11,373 bases of DNA from Rhodothermales bacterium (GTDB lineage Bacteria; Bacteroidota; Rhodothermia; Rhodothermales; VXPQ01), in assembly GCA_040904565.1 (NCBI GenBank), contig JBBDTI010000016.1, positions 11,729 to 23,101 on the forward strand, read 5' to 3'. Shown piece by piece: positions 1 to 7,859 of the stretch. The notes beneath the pieces were generated by a model. The model searched no databases. It was not told the DNA's origin and worked only from the letters and a program-made list of their open reading frames with translations. The translations under genes and the position numbers were made by a program. The first letter of the stretch is position 1. Each line of letters opens with the position of its first letter.

Positions 1-735
1 GCCCCCGAGTATGCTGCGGAGCGTGAGCGCGATCGTGCCCGCCGCCGTGCCGACGCTCAGCGCGTCGCGCCAGCCGAATCCCTGTCGGGTAACGCGGTCG
101 ACCGTCAGCACGTCGCCTTCGAGCAGTTTCGGGTGCATGTTCGGTTCGAGCAGCATCTGTTCGATGGGTGCCTCATAGACCACCCGGCGTCGGCCGTCGG
201 ACTCCTTGCGCAGCAGGCGCACCGTCACGCTGCTCTTCACGCCCGCCTGGCCTCCGGCTTCGAGTCCGCCCGAGAGCGCCACGAGCGCTCCCAGATCGGT
301 GTCCGGGGCGACCTCATAGACGCCGGAGCCCTCTGAGGCTACGACGACGACCTGCACGGTAGCGTCCCCGGGGCGGGCGAATATGCGATACGACGTTCCG
401 GAAGCGACCTGGTCGTTCATCCGGCCGAACTCCTGCGCCGAGGCCGTCGTGCCGATGCAGAGAACGGTGCACAGCATCGTCAACGCCAAAAACACCGCCC
501 GCATGAAGCGCGGCACGGATGGCGCGGCACACGGCGTCGTGGCCGGCTTCGCGGACCGGGTCGCGGTCGGCTTCGCAACCGGGGCTGCCGACTCCTTCGT
601 GACCTGCGTGACGGCCCGTGTCCCGGACGGCTTCGCCGCCGGTTTGGCCGCCCGCGTCTCGAATCGCCCGGCGGATGAGCGTGCGAAGGTCTTCGCGGAT
701 CCCTTGGAGTCCGTCGTCGTGTCGAGCATGTGCAT
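1..735 (-). CDS. Exported SLBB/beta-grasp domain protein, Wza/OPX- or GfcC-like polysaccharide export component (3' end beyond window)
   Basis: Not in ORF track; translated by hand. The frame is open from ATG 735 (alternative ATG 504) to base 1. It reads MRAVFLALTMLCTVLCIGTTASA|QEFGRM... (signal peptide), then ...VQVVVVASEGSGVYEVAPDTDLGALVALSGGL...VRLLRKE...KLLEGDVLTVDR (SLBB-type G.Y / L..L...GG / L..GD.L.V pattern), then a hydrophobic C-terminal segment GFGWRDALSVGTAAGTIALTLRSILGG. ATG 735 is 32 bp downstream of the wzc stop on the same strand. Confidence 0.8.
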   Translation of the reverse strand, partial: MHMLDTTTDSKGSAKTFARSSAGRFETRAAKPAAKPSGTRAVTQVTKESAAPVAKPTATRSAKPATTPCAAPSVPRFMRAVFLALTMLCTVLCIGTTASAQEFGRMNDQVASGTSYRIFARPGDATVQVVVVASEGSGVYEVAPDTDLGALVALSGGLEAGGQAGVKSSVTVRLLRKESDGRRRVVYEAPIEQMLLEPNMHPKLLEGDVLTVDRVTRQGFGWRDALSVGTAAGTIALTLRSILGG

Positions 736-767
736 GAGCGTGCGTGGGGAGTGCCATAGGGTTCGTG

Positions 768-3197
768 CTACGCGCTGACGGCAGGGACGGGCAGCGCGTT
801 GGCCGCCTCATCCTGTCCATAGCCGTACGAATAGCGATTGTAATACTGGGCGTAGTAGCGATACTTGTAGCGATAGCCGCCGGCGCTGATGGGTTCGAAC
901 TGATTCAGCAGCGTGCCGATGACGTTGGCGCCGACGTTCGTGAGCGCATTGAGGCAGTGGTCGTGCTCGTGCGTCTTGGTGGAGCCGGCAAGGGCGACGA
1001 TGATCGTGGCGTCGCACTGCGTCGAGAGCAGCACGGCGTCGGTGGCCATGAAGACCGGCGGCGTATCGAACACGATGACGTCGTATTCCTCGCGGAGCCG
1101 GTAGATCATCTCGCGCATGCGCTTCGAGCCGAGCAGCTCGGCCGGATTCGCGATCGTTTTGCCCGAGGGCAGGGCGAAGAGGTGCTCGATGCCCACGCTA
1201 TCGATCGGCGGCCGCTCGCCCGTCTCGTTGAAGACCTGTTCGATGAGGCCGGGTTCTCTGGACAGACCCAGCTGATGGTGGACGGTCGGACGGCGAAGGT
1301 CGGCGTCGATGACGAGCGTCTTGCGCCCGGCCTGCGCCATGATGACGCCGATGTTTAGAGCGGTGACGGATTTACCCTCGCTCGGACTCGGGCTCGTGAC
1401 GAGGATCGTCTGTACGATCGCGTCGGGGCGGCTGAACTGGATGTTGGTGCGGACGTGCCGGTAGGCCTCCGCCGCCACGGCGGTGGGCTGCACGAGCGTC
1501 ACCAGGCGGGTGCTCACCGTACGCCCCGCGTGTTCGGTCGTCTCGGCCCCGCCGTACTGTTCCTTGATGACGCGGTTTAGTTTCGGGATGACGCCGACCA
1601 CGCTGCCGCCGCGATCTCGGATGTCGTCGGGCGTGTAAATCTTCGTGTCGAGCCGCTGGCGCACCGTTGCGAGGACGATGCCCATCCCCAGCGCGAACAG
1701 CGCGCCGAGGGCCACGTTCTTGCGACGATTCGGGCGCACGGGATAACCCGGCGGGAGGGCTTCCCGGATGATGGCCGCATAGCCGATCTCGGACTCTTCC
1801 GCGATGCGCACCTCCTGCAGCTTCTCTTCGACGTTGACGTACATGCGCTCGGCGGCCTGCCGGGCACGCTGCAGCTGTGCCAGCTCGATCGTCTGTTCGG
1901 GCAGTGTCTTGAGATCCGCTTCGTACTCGGCGAGCCGGTTCGTCATGACGTCCTGCTTGGCACGCAGGCCGCTGATGCGGATGCGGGCCTGGACGACCTG
2001 GCGGTTCAGCTCGGATACCTGGGAGAGCCCACCCCCTTCGACGGTCAGGTCGATGCCGCCGACGGCCAGCACCTCATCCACGTACTGGCGAGAGAGAGCG
2101 GCTATGCTCGTGCGGAGCTGGGCGATCTGCTGGTTGATGTCGGCCAGGCGCGGATCGCCGGCCGGGTCGTCGCGAAGACTGGGATTGCGCAGAAAAGCCT
2201 GCTGCCGGGTGACTTCCAGCTCGGCGATTTTCTGCTGCGCCAGCTCGATGTCGCGCTCGACGCTCGAGGCGACCCGGAGAGCCAGCTGCGGCGAGATGCG
2301 CTCCAGCTCCGATTCGAGCGAGGCGAGCGACGCTTCTTCCATCTGCAGGTCGATGCCCGCCTCGTCACGCGCGGCCTGCAGCTGCGATATCTGAGTAACG
2401 AGAAACTGTCCTTCCGCATCCAGCGCCACGGCGCCGTTGACGCTCATGTACCGGGTGATCCGCTCTTCGACGAGCTGCAGCTCCTCCCGGCGCACCTCCT
2501 CCTGTCGCTCGAGAAAGGAGCGGGAAGCGTGTACGCGGGCGCGGCTGGCCTCCTGGGTCAGTCGGACGTACTCCTCGGCGTAGAGGTTGGCGATCAGGGA
2601 GGCTTCGTCGGGTGACGGACTCAGGGCCGTGACGCGCAGGACGTCGACGTCGCGTCCCTCCGGAGCAATGCGCACGTATCCGAACTGCAGCCGCCGGGCG
2701 ATGTCTTGAACCTTGGGCGTGCTCTCCCCCGCGCCGAGAATGGGGAGCCGTTCATCCGACCCGGGAACGGTCTGCGTGTCGATCAGGCGCTGCGCCGTGC
2801 TGCGCGCGATCGAGAGGGAGTTTCGGATGACGATCAGCTCGTTGGCCAGGGACCGGTCGCTGCGCGCGAAGAGTCCCTGCTCGCCGCCGGGCAGCGCCTC
2901 CCGGGCGTCCGTCTGCCGCGGGTGCACGAGCAGCATAGCGGAGGATTCGTACTCCGGAATCAGCTGCATATTGTACCAGGTGATCGCGCCGGCGATCAGA
3001 ACGAAGGTCGCGATAAGGATCCACTTTCCGCGGTACAGCACGTCGACGGCTTCCTGCACCCGGCCGCTCAGATCGCCGATGTGACCGTAGTCGGCACCGG
3101 GAGACTGGCGCTTGGGTGCTACATTGCGGGCCTCACCGAATGTATCGACGAAATCGAAACGGGTACTCCGTTTCTGGTCCTGCCGGTATGGTTTCAT
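768..3197 (-). CDS. wzc: Polysaccharide co-polymerase / BY tyrosine autokinase (Wzc/GumC-CpsD fusion)
   Basis: 809 aa. Two TM segments (WILIATFVLIAGAITWY; VALGALFALGMGIVLATV) flank a long coiled-coil periplasmic region. Kinase motifs: AEAYRHVRTNI, Walker A TSPSPSEGKS, Walker A' LVIDADLRRP, Walker B VIVFDTPP. C-terminal Tyr cluster YRYKYRYYAQYYNRYSYGY. Confidence 0.95.
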   Translation of the reverse strand: MKPYRQDQKRSTRFDFVDTFGEARNVAPKRQSPGADYGHIGDLSGRVQEAVDVLYRGKWILIATFVLIAGAITWYNMQLIPEYESSAMLLVHPRQTDAREALPGGEQGLFARSDRSLANELIVIRNSLSIARSTAQRLIDTQTVPGSDERLPILGAGESTPKVQDIARRLQFGYVRIAPEGRDVDVLRVTALSPSPDEASLIANLYAEEYVRLTQEASRARVHASRSFLERQEEVRREELQLVEERITRYMSVNGAVALDAEGQFLVTQISQLQAARDEAGIDLQMEEASLASLESELERISPQLALRVASSVERDIELAQQKIAELEVTRQQAFLRNPSLRDDPAGDPRLADINQQIAQLRTSIAALSRQYVDEVLAVGGIDLTVEGGGLSQVSELNRQVVQARIRISGLRAKQDVMTNRLAEYEADLKTLPEQTIELAQLQRARQAAERMYVNVEEKLQEVRIAEESEIGYAAIIREALPPGYPVRPNRRKNVALGALFALGMGIVLATVRQRLDTKIYTPDDIRDRGGSVVGVIPKLNRVIKEQYGGAETTEHAGRTVSTRLVTLVQPTAVAAEAYRHVRTNIQFSRPDAIVQTILVTSPSPSEGKSVTALNIGVIMAQAGRKTLVIDADLRRPTVHHQLGLSREPGLIEQVFNETGERPPIDSVGIEHLFALPSGKTIANPAELLGSKRMREMIYRLREEYDVIVFDTPPVFMATDAVLLSTQCDATIIVALAGSTKTHEHDHCLNALTNVGANVIGTLLNQFEPISAGGYRYKYRYYAQYYNRYSYGYGQDEAANALPVPAVSA

Positions 3198-3637
3198 TGA
3201 ACGCGTAAGTACATGCTAAGAACATAGGAGCATCCAGCATTCAAGCCGCGGAATACCCGAATCGCAGCCGCATATCGATGCTTCAAGCGCCAGTTGTAGA
3301 AAAAATCGAACCATCCTCCCCCATCGCTGCACGTTCGAAACCCGGGACGGGGCCGTGCATCCGGATCCTCTCTTGCAGGCGTTACCTTATATAGTGGGAT
3401 CATCCCGTATCGGCGGCTCGCGCAGGCGTGCACGGTGGGTGCGGCGGACGCTCCGCCACGGAAAACATTTCTGCCCGCCTCGCCAAAGTTTGCCCCTCCG
3501 GACCCTTTGAGGCCAACCCCGATCCACCTTTCTGCGGCCCGCCGCGCATCCATCCTCCCGCAAAAACCCGTCATCTGGACGCCCTTCGCCGCGCATTTCG
3601 GGAATATGGAACGGAGTTCGCAGCCGATACCCGGCAC

Positions 3638-5053
3638 ATGGGAGTCGTCACAATCCAAGACACCGACTTTTTGCTGGATCCGTATCCGGACATAAACAGC
3701 CGCCGCGGCGCGTCCATCCGACGTGCCGTGGCCGTGCTCTTCACCGTGCTCTTCACCGTGCTCGCAGCCGTCGGCACGTCGCGCGCGCAGTCCGCGCTCG
3801 CCGACCGCCTCATGGACCGCGGCTTCGAGAACGTCCGCGTTCGCACGCTACCCGACACAGAATCCGACAGACGGCTCGGCCCGCAATCCGGCCCGCTGCC
3901 CGGCACCCCATCGGACACCCTCCTCCTTTCGTTCGAATACCGCATGGCGCGCGGCTCGCACGCAGGTGTGTGCGAGGCCCTCAAGCTGGCCGGGAGCGGA
4001 TACGCGCACGTCGTCACCATCCTCGAGCATCAGAACGTCCCGATGACGGCCGTAGCCTTCGACGGCGCACCGCGTTCGCGACCCGACCTGCTCGCTGATC
4101 CCGCTATCAGCGGACGCGCCGATTCCTCTTCCGTCCGCCGAGGCCCCGTCGCGCTTGACGCACAGGTTGCCGCGCAGGTCCCCCAGCGCTGCGGCGGCTA
4201 TCGCATCGCCGGAGCATCGATGGACGTACGCCCGTACGTTCGGCAGCTGGAGTCCGGCCACCACGCATCACGACCCCTCATCGACGTCGCACTGCATCCG
4301 CGCTACTCGGCGCTGTTCGGCTTCTACCGCGACCCCGTCATGCTGCAGGTCAACCTGGCGCCGCGGCTTAACGTGCGGCTCTGGCGCGGCTTCGAGGTCG
4401 GTGCACAGATCGTCGTCCCGCTCTACAACGAATTTTCTTCGGAGGGCGACTTCATACGGCCCGGACTCCTTACGGCGAGTCAGTTCATCCGCCTTCCCGG
4501 ACCCACCTTCGTGCGCGCCACGGCCGGCACGTACACCAACCGCCGCTTCGGCCTCGATCTGCGCGCCCGCCGCTTCTTCGCGGACGGTCGCTTCTGGGCG
4601 GGATTCGACGTGGGCCGCACCGGCAACGTTTTCTACCCCAACGGAAGCGTGTTCGTAGAGCGCGATCCGGAGTGGATCGTGCTCGGAACGGCCGGCTTCG
4701 CGTGGAGCCGCCATCACCTGTATGTGGACGGGGCGGCCGGACGGTTTCTGTTCGGGGACGCCGGCGGACGGGTAGAAATCATGCGACAGTTTCGACGCCT
4801 CGACCTCGGCTTCGTTTTCACGCAGACGGTCAACGGGGCCAATGCCGGACTCCGGCTCATCCTCCCGCTCTTCGAGGGGTCGTTCGCCGGCTCGCGCTCG
4901 CTGCGCGTGCGCCCGGCTCACGATTTTACGTGGGACTACCTGTATCGCGCCGGGACGAACGTCGGCGAGGCGTACGAGACCGGCTACTATATGGACCGCG
5001 TCTACCGCCAGCATCAACCGTCCTTTCTGATGGACCTCCTCACTACGCCCTGA
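3638..5053 (+). CDS. Outer-membrane beta-barrel protein resembling the middle domain plus C-terminal barrel of YjbH/GfcD
   Basis: Signal peptide RRAVAVLFTVLFTVLAAVGTSRA|Q and many amphipathic beta-strands. LMDRGFENVRV, PRYSALFG...MLQVNL and AGRFLFGDAGGRVEIMRQF...GLRLILPL match the recalled YjbH C-half pattern (GxYLAGDxGGxxExxxxF...GxxxxxPL). Start uncertain: ATG 3638 preferred over GTG 3428. Confidence 0.75.
   Translation: MGVVTIQDTDFLLDPYPDINSRRGASIRRAVAVLFTVLFTVLAAVGTSRAQSALADRLMDRGFENVRVRTLPDTESDRRLGPQSGPLPGTPSDTLLLSFEYRMARGSHAGVCEALKLAGSGYAHVVTILEHQNVPMTAVAFDGAPRSRPDLLADPAISGRADSSSVRRGPVALDAQVAAQVPQRCGGYRIAGASMDVRPYVRQLESGHHASRPLIDVALHPRYSALFGFYRDPVMLQVNLAPRLNVRLWRGFEVGAQIVVPLYNEFSSEGDFIRPGLLTASQFIRLPGPTFVRATAGTYTNRRFGLDLRARRFFADGRFWAGFDVGRTGNVFYPNGSVFVERDPEWIVLGTAGFAWSRHHLYVDGAAGRFLFGDAGGRVEIMRQFRRLDLGFVFTQTVNGANAGLRLILPLFEGSFAGSRSLRVRPAHDFTWDYLYRAGTNVGEAYETGYYMDRVYRQHQPSFLMDLLTTP
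3732..3763 (+). repeat. In-frame 12-bp perfect tandem repeat (CCGTGCTCTTCA x2.7) in the signal-peptide coding region
   Basis: ccgtgctcttca ccgtgctcttca ccgtgctc encodes VLFT-VLFT-VL. Confidence 0.9.
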
Positions 5054-5066
5054 CCGCTCCGACGTG

Positions 5067-6359
5067 ATGACATCGACCCACCACAACCCCCACTCCAACC
5101 CTGTTCGCTCGGCATCGCGCGGGGCCGTCAGCCGTCTTCGGAGCGGAATCGGACCCTGGAACGGACCGCCGTCCGTGCCCCGGTTCACGATGCGTCCGCG
5201 GCGGCGGCCAGGGCTGCGCTTTGCGCTGCGGATCGTTCCGTGCCTCGTTCTCACTGTCGGCCTTACCGTTGGCCTCACCGGCTGCACGTCCAACCCGATC
5301 GGACCCGTGTCGGATTTCGACTTCGTCTTCGACGAAATCCGGGACGTCCATCTCGGCGAAGCCCCCGACACCTCGACCATTGTCGTCGAATACGAGCCCG
5401 TCGAGGAAGACACCACCTATCTCGAAAAACAGAACCAGTTCATAGCGGATGCCGGCTCCGCCCCGCAGTCCGGCAGCGTCCCCCCCAGCGTCGTCAGCGT
5501 CTCGGAAGCCGTCTTCGCCGCCTTCGACGACGCGAGCGGAGACCGCCTCGGCGTGCTCGCCGAAGAGGCTTCCCTGGATGCCGACGCATTCGTCGAGCAG
5601 CACTACCAGGCGCTCAAGGACTCGACCTCCGACGTATGGCTGTTCGCCGAGCAGATCGCGGATCTGGCCGCCACCGAAGCCGCGCTCGACGAGCTCCTCG
5701 GCGGGTCGACGTCGAACCTCACCGCTCGTCCGACGATCCGTTCTACCCTTGCGTCGAGCCGCCCCGCCCCCTCCTCGGAAGCCGCCCTCGCCGCGAACCG
5801 CGCCGCTCCGTCCCCGACCACCCCATTTACTCCGTTCAGCATGAGCGGCACCTCGTCGTGTGAGACCGACGCCCGCATCCAGACGCAGGACCAGCTCGAA
5901 TCCCTCGACCGGGAGCGCCGGCGCCGGGAAGCCGCTCTGGAACGTGCGCTCCAGAACAGCCTCGAGGCGGTAGAGGCGTTCCGTTCTCGGGAGATGGAAC
6001 GCGTCGCGACGAACGTGGAACGCAGAAAACGTGGCGCGGCGACGTACTATCGTGACGCCGGCGGCGCCATCGTCTCCCTCGTCGAGAACGGCCTGATCAA
6101 CCAGGGAACGGCCGCCAACCTCCGCATGGCGATGGTCACCGTCGTCATCTCACGGCTGAAGCGGACCATCGAATTCGAGCGCCGATCCGGATCGTCCATC
6201 GCGCAGACGGCCGAAGAAGCCGTCGCCGCGGCCCGGACCCGGTACGAGCAGCAGCTCGCCCAGCTCGAGGCCAGTTACGACGACGCCGTCACGACGCTCG
6301 GACGCGTCGAGTCGACCGCGGTCGCAGATTGCCACGATCAGGGAACTTCCAGCGGATGA
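5067..6359 (+). CDS. Hypothetical lipoprotein with C-terminal coiled-coil/helical hairpin
   Basis: Basic N-region, hydrophobic stretch and lipobox LTG|C (Cys codon 5283-5285). Acidic N-domain, Ser/Pro/Ala linker, and an A/E/R-rich helical region bracketed by Cys codons at 5859 and 6330. Its stop overlaps the next ATG (ATGA 6356-6359). ATG 5190 is an alternative start giving a normal-length signal peptide. Confidence 0.8.
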   Translation: MTSTHHNPHSNPVRSASRGAVSRLRSGIGPWNGPPSVPRFTMRPRRRPGLRFALRIVPCLVLTVGLTVGLTGCTSNPIGPVSDFDFVFDEIRDVHLGEAPDTSTIVVEYEPVEEDTTYLEKQNQFIADAGSAPQSGSVPPSVVSVSEAVFAAFDDASGDRLGVLAEEASLDADAFVEQHYQALKDSTSDVWLFAEQIADLAATEAALDELLGGSTSNLTARPTIRSTLASSRPAPSSEAALAANRAAPSPTTPFTPFSMSGTSSCETDARIQTQDQLESLDRERRRREAALERALQNSLEAVEAFRSREMERVATNVERRKRGAATYYRDAGGAIVSLVENGLINQGTAANLRMAMVTVVISRLKRTIEFERRSGSSIAQTAEEAVAAARTRYEQQLAQLEASYDDAVTTLGRVESTAVADCHDQGTSSG

Positions 6360-7057
6360 GCGGCACCACGATCCCCTACACGCACTCGAAAGTACACCGC
6401 TCCATGTACCGACTCATACACGGCCTTGCACGCGTGGCGGTCGCGCTGACGCTCCTGCTTGCGTGCGCGCCGGCGGCCGCGCAGGTGATTTCCATTCGAT
6501 CGGCTGGACTCTCGAGCAGCTGGTACGCTCCCGACCTCGGCCTCTATGACGACCAGTATCTGCTCGATTTCGGGGGATCCGTCCTCGCGGAGGCCCATCT
6601 GGAATTCGACGTACTCGGCATCGCGACCCTCCGCACCTCGACCGGACACTGGCAGAGCACGGGCCGCGGCGACGCCCGGGAACCCGACGGACGGCCGCAG
6701 ACGGCCACGCTCCGCATCGTCCCGTTTACCGCCGCGCTGCTCGTGCAGCCGGACGCCCGCGGCGGTCCGGTACCGGTCTTCGGCGCCGGCATCACCCAGA
6801 ATCTCGTGCAGCGCTCGTTCCGGCTCGCGCGCATCGACGAACCGGAAACGTTCGATACGTTCTCGGGGAACGGCCGAGACTACACCTACCACGGCCTCGT
6901 CGGCATCAACCTGCCCGTGGGCGGAGCCGTTCGAGCCGGATTCGAATGGCGGTACGTCTGGGGACGCTTTCGCGAAGAACCTATCCCTGCGGCCCGCTCC
7001 GGCGTGGCGCTCGACGGCCTTCAATTCGGACTCTCGCTACAGTACCGCATCCGATGA
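6356..7057 (+). CDS. Small (probably 8-stranded, OmpA/OmpW-like) outer-membrane beta-barrel protein
   Basis: Signal peptide VAVALTLLLACAPAAA|Q. About 190 aa mature with alternating strands (LRIVPFTAALL, PVFGAGI, YHGLVGINL, RAGFEWRYVWG) and terminal strand LQFGLSLQYRIR. ATGA overlaps at both ends. Alternative start ATG 6404. Confidence 0.8.
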   Translation: MSGTTIPYTHSKVHRSMYRLIHGLARVAVALTLLLACAPAAAQVISIRSAGLSSSWYAPDLGLYDDQYLLDFGGSVLAEAHLEFDVLGIATLRTSTGHWQSTGRGDAREPDGRPQTATLRIVPFTAALLVQPDARGGPVPVFGAGITQNLVQRSFRLARIDEPETFDTFSGNGRDYTYHGLVGINLPVGGAVRAGFEWRYVWGRFREEPIPAARSGVALDGLQFGLSLQYRIR

Positions 7058-7800
7058 TGAACGACCCGCACAGCACGACAGCTCCCCGTGGCTCGGCCCA
7101 GCGCATGAAGCGCACGGCCCTCGTTCTTTTCGCGCTCCTGCTCGCGGCCTTCGGACCGGCGGCGCAGGCCCAGTCCCTCTCCGGGGTCAACGGCCTTGTC
7201 ACGGTGCCCACGGCCGAGGTGTCGCCGGACGCCACCCTGACGACCGGGTTCAACGTGCTTAACCGGAGCGCGCTCGACTATCACGCCGGACGCCACCACG
7301 CGACGTCGCCCTACCTCTCCCTCGCCTATCTCCCGTTCCTGGAGGTCGGGTTTCGCCTGACGCGGGCGGATTCCGAGATCGAAGAGGCCTTCGGCGACCG
7401 GACGGTCAACGCCCGGGTCCTCCTCCTCGGCGAAGGCCCGCGTCACCCATCCCTTCTCGTCGGCATCCACGATTTCGTCGGACAGAAAAGACACTTTCAG
7501 TCGACCTACGTCGTCGCGAGCAAGCGCCTCGAGGACGTTCCCCACCTCGACCACGTCAGCCTCCACCTCGGGTACGGCACGCGGCTGCTCGACGCGGAGC
7601 TCTATGAATTCGACGGACCGTTCGGCGGGGTGGCCGTCGCCCCCTCTTCCGGCATCCGCCTGCTCGCCGAATATACCTCTTCCCGGGTCAACGTCGGTCT
7701 CGACGCCGGGCCGTTCCGCGGGATGCGGATCCTGGTGGGGTGGATGGACTTCCGCGCCGTATCTGGCGGCGTCAGCTACTCGTTCGTGCTGCCGAAGTAG
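7054..7800 (+). CDS. YjbH-domain outer-membrane protein corresponding to the N-terminal barrel of YjbH/GfcD
   Basis: Signal peptide MKRTALVLFALLLAAFGPAAQA|Q. Motifs GVNGLVTVPTAE, LPFLEVGFRLT, DRTVNARVLLLGE...PSLLVGIHDFVG...YVVASK, HLGYG and FGGV...RLLAEY...NVG are collinear with the recalled YjbH N-half (GxxGLxxxPTAR; PWLExxxRYT; DxKxRLxxE...PxxAVGxRDxxG...YxVASK; FGGVEY...LxxEY). ATG 7054 overlaps the upstream stop; alternative start 7105. Confidence 0.85.
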   Translation: MMNDPHSTTAPRGSAQRMKRTALVLFALLLAAFGPAAQAQSLSGVNGLVTVPTAEVSPDATLTTGFNVLNRSALDYHAGRHHATSPYLSLAYLPFLEVGFRLTRADSEIEEAFGDRTVNARVLLLGEGPRHPSLLVGIHDFVGQKRHFQSTYVVASKRLEDVPHLDHVSLHLGYGTRLLDAELYEFDGPFGGVAVAPSSGIRLLAEYTSSRVNVGLDAGPFRGMRILVGWMDFRAVSGGVSYSFVLPK

Positions 7801-7859
7801 TACCCCGCGCGGTTAACAGGGCCGGCAGAGAGACGAGAGCGAAGCTCGACTCACGCCAG

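Noticed and set aside
133-3200. Alternative ORFs 133-336, 314-820, 383-778, 744-1358, 1804-2394, 2706-3200 and similar
   Set aside because: Antisense or off-frame shadows of the SLBB and wzc genes, expected at high GC.
3373-3395. Sigma70-like promoter TTGCAG...TATAGT
   Set aside because: The spacer is only 11 bp. The AT-rich patch may still be a -10 element, but a full promoter cannot be supported.
3428-3637. Upstream GTG start for the YjbH-C-like gene
   Set aside because: It would put about 100 non-conserved-looking residues before the signal peptide. The region is more plausibly part of the divergent promoter interval.
3194-3658. 154-aa minus-strand ORF overlapping the wzc start
   Set aside because: No recognisable motif or coding-like composition, and it spans the expected divergent promoter region. 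It cannot be fully excluded.
5409-5628. Bacteroidota-type O-glycosylation sequons (DTT, DST) in the lipoprotein, linking it to GDP-fucose
   Set aside because: Three-residue motifs are expected by chance in an acidic Ser/Thr-rich protein; no further support.
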